From: Alphaproteobacteria bacterium
GTDB taxonomy: Bacteria; Pseudomonadota; Alphaproteobacteria; SP197
DNA length: 64,000 bases
Reading direction: 5' to 3'
NCBI GenBank assembly: GCA_964291265.2
Contig: OZ219747.1
Location: forward strand, 2,208,001 to 2,272,000
Positions 52,493-63,599 of the stretch are shown here, piece by piece; the first letter of the stretch is position 1; each line of letters begins with the position of its first letter. The notes below the pieces were generated by a model, which worked only from the letters and a program-made list of their open reading frames with translations, did no database searches and was not told the origin of the DNA. Both the position numbers and the translations under genes were made by a program.

Positions 52493-53372
52493 ACCCCGCC
52501 GCGTCGACTTCGACGCCGTCAAGCGCATGCCGTTCGAACGCATCGCCGCCGACTGGGGATACGTCCGCGACGAACAGGCCTCGACACGCGCCAACCCCGT
52601 CCTGTGCGCACCCGGCCTGCCGAAGCTCGTCACGAAGTGCCTCAACAACGGACACTGGGTCTACTTCAACACCCAGAACGATGAAGACAACGGAACCGTC
52701 ATCGACTTCATGCTCAACCGCGGACTGGCCTTCGCCGACATCTGCACCCGCTTCACAGCACCCGACGCCGCGCCACGCGACTTCCGCAGCCTCTGGGCCG
52801 CGGCAACGCCCGATGCGGCCCCGGACTGGCTCACCGGGCGCGGCATCCTCCCGGAGACCCTCGACACCTGCCGCCCCCTGGTCCGCCGCGACCACAACGG
52901 ACGCGTCCTCTTCGCCCATCGCAACAGGAAGCGAAAGCTCACCGGCTTCGAGATCGGTCCCCCCGACGGACCGAAACGCTTCGCCACCGGTGGAACCCGA
53001 AGCCTGTTCGCCGTCCGCGCCGGAACCGCCGCGGACCTCGAGGCCCTCGTCATCACCGAAAGCGCCGTCGACGCCCTCAGCCTGGCCCAGATCGACCAAT
53101 GTCCCCCCAGCCACGCCTTCCTCTCCACCGCCGGGGCACCCTCGCGAAGACAGCACGAACAGATCAGCCTCGCCGCAAGCAGCCTGCCCAACGTCAGGAC
53201 CATCGTCCTCGCCCAGGACCACGACGAGGCCGGAGAGCGACAGGCCGAAACCCTGCGCAAAAAGATGAAGCTCCCCTCCCACGTCTCGTTCCACAGACGC
53301 AGACCGCCGGAAAACGCCGACTGGAACGACGTCGTCAACGCCAGGACCAAAGAACCACAAGCGAGATCATGA
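52479..53372 (+). CDS. Toprim-domain primase-like protein (DUF3991/Toprim_2-like)
   Basis: ITESAVDALS, AQDHDEAG, DWND; GTG start overlaps the end of istB. Confidence 0.8.
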   Translation: MKPDKPRRVDFDAVKRMPFERIAADWGYVRDEQASTRANPVLCAPGLPKLVTKCLNNGHWVYFNTQNDEDNGTVIDFMLNRGLAFADICTRFTAPDAAPRDFRSLWAAATPDAAPDWLTGRGILPETLDTCRPLVRRDHNGRVLFAHRNRKRKLTGFEIGPPDGPKRFATGGTRSLFAVRAGTAADLEALVITESAVDALSLAQIDQCPPSHAFLSTAGAPSRRQHEQISLAASSLPNVRTIVLAQDHDEAGERQAETLRKKMKLPSHVSFHRRRPPENADWNDVVNARTKEPQARS

Positions 53373-53689
53373 CCACGTCCGTCACAAGGAGACCACTCAT
53401 GCCCCTCACGCCCGCCGAAAAGCAGCGGCGATACCGGGAACGGCGCAAGGCCGGCATCCCTCCCGTCCACACCCCAAAGCACCGTGACCGGCGCTCGCGA
53501 CCGCAACGCTGGAACGACGCCGTGGCCGAACTGCGCGCCCTGCAGGACGAATGGCGTGACCACCTCGACAGCATCCCCGAAAGCCTCCGTGACACGCCTT
53601 ACGGAGAACGCCTGCAGAGCGTCGCCGATGCCGACATCGAGGCCCTCGAGGACATCGAACCGCCACGCGGCTACGGAAGGGATACGTGA
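53369..53689 (+). CDS. Small hypothetical protein of the IS21 element
   Basis: ATGA overlap with the primase-like gene; conserved in both copies. Confidence 0.7.
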   Translation: MTTSVTRRPLMPLTPAEKQRRYRERRKAGIPPVHTPKHRDRRSRPQRWNDAVAELRALQDEWRDHLDSIPESLRDTPYGERLQSVADADIEALEDIEPPRGYGRDT

Positions 53690-54480
53690 TCCCGCAAGAC
53701 CCTTGAACGCGGTCACGCGTTACCATCCAGGAATGAGAACGTCTCACCCCGACGCGCCGCTCAGCCTCCCCGGGAAACTCCCGGGCCGTCCAAACGACAC
53801 CGCATCACGAGACTGCCGCAGCCGCTGGCCGGACTGGCTTACAGGTCGCAGCATCCGCCCGAAAACACTCGACGCCTGCCGCACCCTGCAGGACGAATGG
53901 CGTGACCGCCTCGACAGCATCCCCGAAACCCTCCGTGACACGCCTTACGGAGAACGCCTGCAGAGCGTCGCCGATGCCGACATCGAGGCTCTCGAGGACA
54001 TCGAACCGCCACGCGGCTACGGAAGGGACACGTAATCTCGCAAGACCCTTGAACGCGGTCACGCGTTACCATCCAGGAATGAGAACGTCTCACCCCGACG
54101 CGCCGCTCAGCCTCCCCGGGAAACACCCGGGCCGTCCAAACGACACCGCATCACGAGACTGCCGCAGCCGCTGAGCCGCAGCAACGCCCGATCCGCCGCC
54201 GGACTGGCTCACAGGTCGCAGCATCCGCCCGAAAACACTCGACGCCTGCCGCACCCTGCGCCGCCGCAACCGCAACGCACGCAGCCTCTTCGCCCAGCGC
54301 AACAGAAACCGTCAGCTCTCCAGCCTCGAGATCGTCCCGCCCGACGAACCACGACGAGGACGGAGAACGCCAGAACAAGACCCCGCGCAAAAGCCTGAAG
54401 CTCCCCTCCCACATCACGTTCCACAAACGCCGAACGCCAGAAAACGCCGACCGGAACGACATCGTCAACGTCAATGCAAG
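53540..54480 (+). repeat. Internal 346-bp-period direct repeat and decayed primase fragments at the IS21 right end
   Basis: ctgcaggacgaatgg...ccgcagccgctg occurs twice; 54175-54480 resembles pieces of 52800-53345; mirrored at 16206-17146. Confidence 0.85.
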
Positions 54481-56479
54481 ACCAATGGGATCCAACAATA
54501 GGCAGAAAACAAAGACCGGGCGGACCTTCGTCCAATGCCGCACGTTCTCCTGTCGTGGTCACCCACTCACACGATCAGCGCCCAAAAGAGCGGTTCTCCG
54601 CCAATATCCCGCCGTTCTAAATCGCCGCCGACACTTGGCCACTTACTTCACTCTCGAGGGCGTGCGCCACGGTGCCTGCAACGCCCATCACCTGCGCGCA
54701 CTCCAGGCCCTGATCGAGATCGAGAAGGAAGACTGGGCCACCGCCATGCACAGGCTCCTCATCCGTGCCAACAGAGCCGCCCGCTTCGCCCGCAAGAACG
54801 ACCGCGACATCCCCGCTTCACTCCTCGCCCGCATCTCGCAAGCCTGGGACAGGATCCTCGAGCAGGCCATCGCTTCCCACGAACAGAGGCCGCCGCTCCA
54901 GCCCGGAAAGCGCGGACGACGAAAACGCCGCATCGGCCACAACCTCGCGCTTCGCCTTCAGAAGCACAAGGACGGCTGCCTGCGCTTCCTCACCAACCCG
55001 CAAGTCCCGTTCTCCAACAACCAGGCCGAGCAAGACTTCCGTATGAGCAAGCTGCGCCAGAAAATCTCGGGCGGCTTCCGATCCATGCAGGGCGCATGTG
55101 ACTTCGCCAAGCTGCGATCCGTCATCTCCACCGCCCGAAAACAGGGCTGGAATGTCCTCGAAACACTGGCTCACCCTGATCCCATACAGCTGATCCCGAA
55201 ACTGCGCTTCTGACATCCCTCCTCGGCGCCATCAGACCGCAGCCATCAATCCACCTCCCGTCAGGACTCGGCGAAATTAGACCTGGGCAGTTACGCACGG
55301 GTTGCGTCGCCTGCGCGAAGGCTTTCCCCTGTGCAACCGTCTCATCCGGGAGATTCACGGGGTCTTGCTCGGTCGCGGTCGCGGCCGCAACAGGGCGCCC
55401 GGAGAGTTTCGCCGCTCAAAAACTGGATCGGAGGCCGTCGCCCCGGGGTGGCGCGCTTCGTCCCACCTCCGGTTTCCGCGGTTGCCGATTGCATGTCCGG
55501 GCTCGAACGCTTCATTGCCGCTGACAACGGCACATTGCCCCTCGTCCTGCGGGCAGGCCTCGCTCATGTACAGTTCGAGACCATCCACCCGTTCCTCGAT
55601 GGGAATGGTCGGGTAGGACGCCTCCTGATCTCGCTCATGCTGCATCATGGCGGCGTCTTGCGCGAGCCGCTTCTGTATCTGAGTCTCCATTTCAAGCAGC
55701 ACCGTGACGACTACTACGTTCTCCTCAACGATGTGCGGTACCGAGGCGACTGGGAAGCTTGGCTTTCGTTCTATCTCGACGGGGTGGCGGAGACCGCCGA
55801 AGGTGCGGTCGAAACCGCGAAGCGACTGCTGGCGCTGTTCGAGGAAGATCAGGCCAGGATCCGGCAGACAGGACGGGCGGCGGGGTCGGCGCTGCGCGTA
55901 CATCAGGCGTTGCGCGAGCGTCCCATCGGATCGATCAGAAAACTGGCCGGGCGCGCAAGCCTTTCCTTTCCAGCGGCATCGGCAGCGGTGAGGAATCTGC
56001 AAGACCTGGGCATTGCCCGGGAATTGACGGACAAGAAGAAGAACCGGCTCTTCGGTTACGACCGCTATCTGGCCATTCTGGGCGAAGGGACGTAACCATG
56101 GTCATCGGCCGACACTGCCGGTTTCGGACCGGCATCCGGCGAAACGGCCTCCAGGCTGAACAGTGCTGGCCAACTTCCGCCCGCCTTCAATCCAGAGCCA
56201 GTCGCCGTTCCCGGGAATCGCTCCCTGCCGCCATGCCGCGACTCTCCGTTCCCCTGATGCCTGCCACGCTTCCTTGCCGTGCCAGCCTCTCACGCCGTTG
56301 ACCGGAGAGCAGGTGTCGTGGGCCGCAACTCGTTCTTGGCCCCGTGGTCTTGATGAACGCCCGGCATGCGGAATCGTGACGGCTCGCGCCTGCGGCAGGT
56401 TTCCAGGCTACCGTGCCGGTGGCATGGCGCGAGTGTGCGTCGGCGAAGGGCTGAAGCGGGCCAGTCGATGGTCGCAACG

Positions 56480-56800
56480 ACCGCTGTTCCATGGCTCGCC
56501 CGGGCGGTGCGGAGTTCGATGCCCTGGCTCCGGGGAGGCCAAGTGGATTGGCAGGGACGGGCTTGCGTGCAGCGGGAAGCGCTTGTCCGGCGCGAGGTTC
56601 TGGCGCAGCTGCGGGAAGAGGCCGAACGCCTCTCCGCCGAAGCCGTGTTCCATCCTGCCAGCCTCCAATCCCGTTTCTCGCAACTGCCCGAGGACCATCC
56701 ACTGAACCGCTTCCTGCGACGTCGGCAAGGGATGACTCGGGTCGACAGATTCGATCGGGAGGGTGCGATTCTCCGGAATGCCGCACCGGGCTGCGAAACG
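56480..56800 (+). pseudogene. Possible fragment of a HalD/BesD/ArpA-like 2OG-Fe(II) oxygenase
   Basis: LAQLREEAERL...LPEDHPLNRF resembles the N-terminal part of that family; weak. Confidence 0.25.
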
Positions 56801-57062
56801 CTCTGCACCGACGAGAACCATGGGGACGTGAAGCAGGTGCCGGATGGCGATCGGTCGCCCAGGCTGGTGTGTTGGCAGACCTGCAGTTCCTGCGCCGCGC
56901 GTGCACGTTGCATCGTGTGACGTTGTCGGAAGACAGCGGTCGGCGCAGCCTGCTCGCGAGCCATGCCACCGAGCCTGGCGCTACGACGTCTGCTGACGCG
57001 GCGGTGCGCATCCGCAACCAGGCTCATCTTGACCACCATGCCCCTGATTCGGGAGGGGTGGA

Positions 57063-58545
57063 GTGAGCCAACCCCGCAATATCCTCTGGCTTAACACGGA
57101 CCAACAGATGACCGCCAACAAGCCCGGCGTGGCGCGCAAACTGCCCCTGCAGCGCGCACTGGCCGCGCGGGGCATGAACTTCAGGCGGGCATACACGGCA
57201 CTCCCCGTGTGTTCGCCGTCGCGCGCCTCGATGCTGACGGGCCGTTATCCGCACAATCACGGTCTGACGGAAAACGAGGGGCGGTTCGGAGGACGAGACG
57301 GTCTGGAACCGTCCGACTCCCTCGTCACTGACCCGTTTCGCGCAGAGGGGTACCGTTGCGCCTGGTTCGGCAAATGGCATTTGCATGGCAAGCTGGATGC
57401 GCGCGCTTTCGGTTTCGAGGGCTACGCTCCGGCGGACTATGCCTATCCCTATGTCAGCGAGGAGTATGGCGCCTATCTCGAACGCCACGCCTTGCCTGAC
57501 CCGATAGCGCGGATCGAGTTGTCGGGAGAAAGCGGTACGCCACCAGGCACACCGGTCGCCTTGACCCGGGCCGAAGACTGGTTCGCTGGACGAAGGCAGC
57601 GCCATCCTCGAAGGGCCATCGGAAACGCATGAAGCTTTCTTTGTCGTCGACCTCGCCGAACGCTGGCTTCGTGATTCGGGGGACGACCCCTTCTTCGTGC
57701 GTGTGGACACCTGGGGACCGCATCCCCCCTATGTGGTCGGCGCGCCCTTTGCCGGCATGTTCGCCGACCTGAAGAGCGCGGCCTCGCCGAACCTCGTCTC
57801 GGACCTGACGGCGCGCCCGGCTCACCACGCGGCTTATCGCGACTACTGGCGCGACGTTCTTGCCGATTGCGCCCGTGACTTTGCCCTTCTTTCGCGGCGC
57901 GCCCTGCAATCGGCCGCTCTCTGCGAGACGGCGCTGGTGCGGATTCTGGACGTGCTGGAAGAAGGCGGACGGGCCGATGACACGATCATTGTCTTCACGG
58001 CCGATCACGGGGACGCGGTGGCTTCGAACGGCGGAATGATGAACAAGGGTGGGCTCATGGTGGAGGAAACACTGCGTATCCCCATGCTGATCGCCGGTCC
58101 AGGCATTCCCTCGGGACAGGACGACAGCCTGGTCTGCAACATCGATCTGGCGCCGACGCTGCTCGATTTGTGCGGGATCACTGCGCGCGAGATGGACGGA
58201 ACCAGCCTTTGTCCCCTGCTCCGGCGTCACGGATCCTTGTCCCGCGACGGACTGATGACCGAACACTATGGTCTGAAGACACCGCTCTGGCAGCGCGCGT
58301 TCCACCGGGGACACTGGAAGCTCGTCGTGCAGGAAGACGGATTCACCGAGCTGTATGACCTTGCGACCCTGCCGAGATGAACAGCCTGGCGGACAGCGCC
58401 GCCCATGCAGGGACACTTCGCGACATGCGGGACGGCTTGGCAAGGGCACTGGCGAAGTACGGTGACAACTCGGGTCCCGCGATGGCCTTCCGGGATACGG
58501 CAGCGTCAGACTCCGCTCCTGTCCCGTTGCGTCATCCGGGATGAA
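57063..58545 (+). pseudogene. Sulfatase, frameshifted
   Basis: PRNILWLNTDQ, CSPSR FGly motif, GKWH, PHPP, FTADHG, NIDLAPT, ELYDL; frame breaks near 57600 and 58375. Confidence 0.85.
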
Positions 58546-58754
58546 GATCCTGGAGTTAAGCGGATGAGGAATCGGAACTGATTCTTCGGCTTGTGACCGT
58601 GATTCCGCACATGCCGCCGACGGGCCGAGACGTCATGCGTGCGGCCGCGCCTGCCGGTTCCGGAACGCAAGGTGACCACGTCACGACCGTCCCGGGTTCA
58701 ACATCCACGGTCCGTCCCGCGCTGAACCGTTGGCCGACATTCGTTCGGGATTCT

Positions 58755-60611
58755 TCAGGAGCGGGTGGCTGATTCCAGTGTCGTACATGCATCGATCCAG
58801 CGCGTTTCGGCCTTCTCCAGCGCTTTCTCGATCTTTTTTCTGCGGGTCATGAGTTCAGTCACGGTTGTACCCTCATGGGCCTTGGGATCGAACAAGATGC
58901 GGTCGATCTCGTCGCGCGAGCAGGTGAGCTCGTTGACCTCGCTCTCGGCCTTGTCGACCGCCTTGCTCAGCTCCCGTGTGCGTTCCCTTTCGACCGCGGC
59001 TCGACGCCGCTCCTCCTTCTTCCTTGAGCGCGGCACCCTTGATCCAGAGTGACGGCCGAGCACCAGGTTGCGGTAATCGTCGAGATTGCCGGCAAAGTCG
59101 GTGGCCTTGCCGTCGGCAACGAGAACGAGTCGGTCTGCCGTCAGTTCGACGAGGTGGCGGTCGTGGCTGATCATGATCACGGCGCCGCTGTATCCGCTGA
59201 GCGCCTGGACCAGGGATTCCCGGGCCTCGATGTCGAGATGGTTGGTCGGCTCGTCGAGGATGATGAGGTGCGGGGCGTCGCGGGTGATGAGCGCCAGGGT
59301 CAGGCGGGCCCGTTCGCCACCCGAGAGCTGGCTGACCGGCAGGGTGGCCTTGTCGCCGGAGAAACCGAAGCGGCCGAGCTGGGCCCGCACGCGTCGCGGT
59401 GTCGCGTCCGGCATCAGGCGCGTCATGTGAAGGAGAGGCGTCTCGCCGGGATCGAGTTCCTCGATCTGGTGCTGAGCGAAATACCCGACACGCAGCCGTG
59501 AGGCCGCCGTCATCGAGCCGCTCATGACATCGAGCCTGCCCGAAAGCAGGAGGGCCAGCGTCGTCTTCCCGTTGCCGTTGCGTCCCAGGAAGGCGATGCG
59601 CTCGTCGGGGTCGATGCGGAGCTGCAGTCGGGCAAGCACAGGCTGCCCGGCCTCATACCCTACCGATGCGTCATCGAGAAGGATCATGGGCGGCCGCAGG
59701 GTGTCGGGATCCGGAAAGTCGAACTGAAGCGTGCTGTCCTCGATGGCGGCGGCCACCGGTTCCATGCGCTCCAGGGCCTTCAGGCGGCTTTGTGCCTGGC
59801 GTGCCGTGTGAGCCTTGTAGCGCCAGCGGTCGACGTAGGCCATGAGCCTGGTTCTCTGCCGTTCCTGTCGGGTGCGCATCGCCTCGATCTGCCCGAGTCG
59901 CTCGCTCAACTGCCTTTCCCAGGCATCGTAGTCGCCTCGGTAGAGCGTCAACGCGCCGCCTTGGAGGTGCAGGATGTGGTCGCAGACATTGTTGAGGAGA
60001 TCCCGCTCGTGGCTGATGACGAGCAGCGTTCCCCGGTAGGCCTTCAGGAAAGACTCCAGCCACAGGGCCGCCTCGAGATCGAGGTAGTTGCTCGGTTCGT
60101 CCAGCAACAGCATGTCGGGGCGGGAGAACAGCAGGGCGGCCAGGGCAATGCGCATGCGCCAGCCGCCGGAGAAACTGTCGACAGTCTGCTGCTGAGCTAC
60201 CTCGTCGAATCCCAGGCCAGCGAGAATGCGGGCGGCTCTTGCCGGTGCGCTGTAGGCATCGATGGCCTGGAGCCTCTCGTGGATGTCGCCGATGCGCTGG
60301 CTCGTTGCGCCGGTAGCCTCCTCTTCCAGGAGGCGGGTTCGCTCCTCATTGGCGGCAAGGACCCTCTCGAGAGGCGTGTCGTGGCCGGCCGGAACGTCCT
60401 GGGCGAGATAGCCGAGACTGGCGTCGCGCCGCATGTCGACCGTGCCGGCATCGGACTCGATCTCTCCGGCGATGACCTTCATCAGCGTCGATTTTCCTGC
60501 GCCGTTGCGGCCGATCAGGCCGACACGGCTTCCCGGCACCAGCGTCGCCGAAGCGCCATCGAGGATCGTGTGGCCACCAAGCCTCACGGTGATTCCAGAG
60601 AGTGCGAGCAT
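58755..60611 (-). CDS. ABC-F family ATP-binding protein (YheS-like)
   Basis: GRNGAGKS and GRNGNGKT, FSGGWRMR, LDEPTNHLD, C-terminal coiled coil, no TM segments. Confidence 0.92.
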   Translation of the reverse strand: MLALSGITVRLGGHTILDGASATLVPGSRVGLIGRNGAGKSTLMKVIAGEIESDAGTVDMRRDASLGYLAQDVPAGHDTPLERVLAANEERTRLLEEEATGATSQRIGDIHERLQAIDAYSAPARAARILAGLGFDEVAQQQTVDSFSGGWRMRIALAALLFSRPDMLLLDEPSNYLDLEAALWLESFLKAYRGTLLVISHERDLLNNVCDHILHLQGGALTLYRGDYDAWERQLSERLGQIEAMRTRQERQRTRLMAYVDRWRYKAHTARQAQSRLKALERMEPVAAAIEDSTLQFDFPDPDTLRPPMILLDDASVGYEAGQPVLARLQLRIDPDERIAFLGRNGNGKTTLALLLSGRLDVMSGSMTAASRLRVGYFAQHQIEELDPGETPLLHMTRLMPDATPRRVRAQLGRFGFSGDKATLPVSQLSGGERARLTLALITRDAPHLIILDEPTNHLDIEARESLVQALSGYSGAVIMISHDRHLVELTADRLVLVADGKATDFAGNLDDYRNLVLGRHSGSRVPRSRKKEERRRAAVERERTRELSKAVDKAESEVNELTCSRDEIDRILFDPKAHEGTTVTELMTRRKKIEKALEKAETRWIDACTTLESATRS

Positions 60612-60820
60612 GATCGACTGATACCACGCCGGCACCCCACGCGTCACTCCGTTGCGACGGCATGAGCAATTCGGCAAGGGACCGCCGCAAGGCTTGACGT
60701 TCGGGTCGCCATTCTATGGCGAGAGGGGCGCAGGGAGCCGGAGGCCTGCAGTGAACGCTTGGACGGCTGCAGCAAGCAGGTCGGCCCCGACACGCTCACA
60801 CCCCGGAACCGGTCGTCCGG

Positions 60821-61717
60821 TCAGCCGGCAGACCGTCCGAGTGGCCGGGGGAGGCCCAGGGGGACGATACGGTAGAGGAGCCTGCGATGGCGCGGAGTTT
60901 CCGGTGCGCCGATGGGCCGGGCGCAATGCAGTGTCACGGTATTGTCCCACATCAGGAGATCGCCCGGGCGGTAACGGTGGGTCCAGGTGAAGCGCCCGGA
61001 GATGGCGTGGAGCTTGAGGCGGCGCACAAGGTCCGACGCTGCACCGTGCTCCATGTTGTCGATGGCCACCATGGAGCCGGCCGGGGCATAGAGCGTCTTC
61101 TCTCCGGTCAGGGTATGCGGCCTCGCGACCGGACGGCGAGCCGGCGGCGGCAGGAGTTCGGCAGTCTCGTCGGTGACGGGTTGCAGGGGATGCTCGAAGT
61201 CCTCGCGTCCACCGAGCATCTCGCCTGTGCCGGAATACACATGGAGTGCTGTCAGAGACTCGATCGTGCGCTGTGTCTCCGGATCAAGTCCGCGCCAGGC
61301 TGCTCCCATGTCGGCAATCAGGGTTTCGCCTCCTTCCGCCGGCGCCTCCAGGCACCACAGCATGGTGGTGGCGTCCGCATCGGCTTCGGTGGCGCAGTCG
61401 GTATGCCAGAACGCGGCGCCGTTGCGGTACTCCTCACGCACGTTGACGCCACCGACATTGCCGACCGTCGACATGAAGTCGTATCCGGGAACATTGCGTT
61501 CCTGGAAACCGTCGACGCGCGGCGTGCCCCAGGCACGGGCAAACCGGGCGAAGTCGTCCGGAGCCAGCTCCTGGTTACGAAAGAGCAGGACCTTGTGTGC
61601 GACAAAGGCCCGTGCCAGTGCTTCGAGAGTCGCAGCATCGAGAGTACGAGAGAGGTCGATACCGCGCACTTCCGCGGCAAAGGTGGCGTTCAGGCGATGA
61701 ATGTCGGGAACGGACAT
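60821..61717 (-). CDS. TauD/TfdA family dioxygenase
   Basis: VLLFRNQ, WHTD, GGET...AD, WDN...H, R motifs. Confidence 0.9.
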   Translation of the reverse strand: MSVPDIHRLNATFAAEVRGIDLSRTLDAATLEALARAFVAHKVLLFRNQELAPDDFARFARAWGTPRVDGFQERNVPGYDFMSTVGNVGGVNVREEYRNGAAFWHTDCATEADADATTMLWCLEAPAEGGETLIADMGAAWRGLDPETQRTIESLTALHVYSGTGEMLGGREDFEHPLQPVTDETAELLPPPARRPVARPHTLTGEKTLYAPAGSMVAIDNMEHGAASDLVRRLKLHAISGRFTWTHRYRPGDLLMWDNTVTLHCARPIGAPETPRHRRLLYRIVPLGLPRPLGRSAG

Positions 61718-61760
61718 GCCAGTGGGACTCCTTGGGTACGTGTACGGACAACCCGTCGAC

Positions 61761-62530
61761 GTAACGACTCATCCCTTGTTGAGGTGGCCGTAGTGCTCGT
61801 TGATGATGTCTGCGGCCATTCCGTCGAGGGCGATGTGGATGGCGACGTGATGATTGTATCCGAGTGCCTCCATGGAGGTGAGGAAGCTTGAGTCTCGGCA
61901 CCATGCTATTGCGTGGAGCATGGTGCGGAAACATCCGGACACCTTGATCTTGACCTTTGTCATCCTGATCTTCTGTTCACCGGCATGGTTGGTGAAGCTG
62001 ACGTCGGGGTCCTTCATAAAGCGCAGGACGGACGTCTCGTGTTTCACGAGACGTTCATGCAGGTTGTGCGCGTCGAACTGTGCGATGCGTCCACGTTTTC
62101 CTCATCGTCCGTGGCGGGATGTCGGGCAGTTCTCTGGCGCCCTGGGTGAGGATGGTGCGGTAGCGCTTGCACACGGCCCGGCGGTCGGCCTCGTTCAGGG
62201 TCTTGGATGCGCTCTTGTCGACCCTGTGGCAGGTCTCGCGCTGCAGGTGGCTGCCGCACAGCTGGTGGCGACACTGGTCGTAGCCCATGTAGGCAGCCCA
62301 GCAGTCGTGGATCAGAACGCCCTCATAGGGCGGGATGATACCGATCTCTTCGATCGCCTCCCGGCCGCGCTTGGGGTGCGGGAATGTCACGGTCAGGGTG
62401 CCGTCGGTGACGACATAGGAGCCATGGGGTCTTGCCGGCGACCCGCAAGCCGGTCTCGTCGACATGCCGGCCCGGGCGTTGCAGGAGATGGGTCACGGCG
62501 GCCTCCTCCCATGATGCGAGCGCATCGTGA
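61761..62530 (-). pseudogene. IS66 transposase 3' remnant with TIR
   Basis: Homologous to 39170-40007; gtaacgactcatccc TIR at 61761; frameshifts. Confidence 0.85.
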
Positions 62531-62629
62531 AATCTTGAGGTCACTGCAGTTCCTCTTTTTCTCAGGTGCGGAACCGCAGTCATGGTACACTGTTTGAGGT
62601 GACGAGTCCGGCCGAACAGGGAGTAGGGC

Positions 62630-63523
62630 ATGCCTGCGGATATACTGTTTGCAATCAATCAGAAGCTGTGGCGCCTTGAGAAACTCCTCGACGAAGTCAG
62701 GGAGAAGGTCCGCGGACTCGAAGAGGATGAGAGAGCACTGGCATGGATGCATAAGGTCGAGGACGCCCGCCTGCGGCACATCGAACGAGTAGTCCGCGGC
62801 CTTGAACCGCAGGGATGGGTGCGAAGGTTGTTGATGAGATTGATCGGGGCGACGCGCCCGGACATGGTCAGGGACATCACCGGGATACTCCTTGAACCCG
62901 TCGTCGGAGAATTGGAGGAGTTGCGCAAGCGCCTTGCCGACGCTCGGAAGGAGGTGTGCCGCCTAGAAGAGGAGGCGCGGAGGCTGACATCTCGAAAGCA
63001 CGAGATCACGTACGCCCGCAAGCGGCCCAACGAAGAGACGATCCGCCGCTTCGAGGCGCCGGGACGGGTACGGACGGCGCTAACGCGAATGGTCGAGGAT
63101 GTCTTTGCCACAATGAAGCGCCAGGAGAAAGCAGGCGAAGCCGGCGATTTCGAGGAAATCTGGCGTCTCATGGAGGTCGAGAAGGCGCAACGAGCGCAGC
63201 TGCATGCCTTGTGGCGCATCGATCCGGTGTGCCATGCCAAGGGCACGTGGACGGCAGTCACAAGGGAGAAGCACCTGCCACACGGCATGGGTGCATGCTT
63301 TCCCGCAATGCGAGCGGAGAACGTCACGAGCGAACGCCTGAAGGAAGCGCGAATCCACGGTTGTCGTTCGGAGGTTCAGCGTCTGGAAGAAGAGGAACGC
63401 ATGCTGAGGGAGATGGGTGACGAGATCGGCGGCTGCGTCATTCTCGAACCCCGTCCCGCCGGCTTCTTGGCACCGCCGAAAACGTCGCCCTCGCAGTCCG
63501 GAATGAACGGTCGCCACCTCTGA
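62630..63523 (+). CDS. Hypothetical coiled-coil protein
   Basis: 297-aa E/R/K-rich ORF with GGAG RBS, lying between two IS66 remnants. Confidence 0.55.
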   Translation: MPADILFAINQKLWRLEKLLDEVREKVRGLEEDERALAWMHKVEDARLRHIERVVRGLEPQGWVRRLLMRLIGATRPDMVRDITGILLEPVVGELEELRKRLADARKEVCRLEEEARRLTSRKHEITYARKRPNEETIRRFEAPGRVRTALTRMVEDVFATMKRQEKAGEAGDFEEIWRLMEVEKAQRAQLHALWRIDPVCHAKGTWTAVTREKHLPHGMGACFPAMRAENVTSERLKEARIHGCRSEVQRLEEEERMLREMGDEIGGCVILEPRPAGFLAPPKTSPSQSGMNGRHL

Positions 63524-63599
63524 CGTCAGAACGTACCCGCTCGGAAGAAGGGGCGTCGGCGAAACCGGGAGTTGCGGAATTCCCGAGGGGCCTCATGCG

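Larger units (their letters stand above)
49314..54633 (+). mobile_element. IS21-family element with primase-like cargo, copy 2 (5320 bp)
   Basis: TGT...ACA ends, 5-bp TSD cttgg; host frame is restored on removal. Confidence 0.92.
48347..55213 (+). pseudogene. IS66 transposase split by IS21 (48347-49313 + 54639-55213), with an internal stop at 48854
   Basis: SSTSSKPPASD, GGQRGH, HLDETG; rejoins as IHDDL|ATYF; CNAHHLR, FSNNQAEQD, KISGGFRS. Confidence 0.88.
47529..55294 (+). mobile_element. IS66-family element carrying a DNA adenine methyltransferase (element B)
   Basis: TIRs gtaactacccaggt / acctgggcagttac; TSD gcatgggt / gcacgggt (7 of 8 match). Confidence 0.9.
47172..56095 (+). pseudogene. 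Fic-family protein, split by MTase-IS66 B (47172-47528 + 55303-56095) and frameshifted
   Basis: FVPAPLPP, KEAVLSSRIEGT; rejoins as ALEHG|LRRLREG; HPFLDGNGRVGR Fic motif. Confidence 0.9.

Noticed and set aside
16053-54633. Composite transposon or inversion bounded by the two IS21 copies
   Set aside because: Each copy retains its own matching TSD, indicating independent insertions and no net inversion between them
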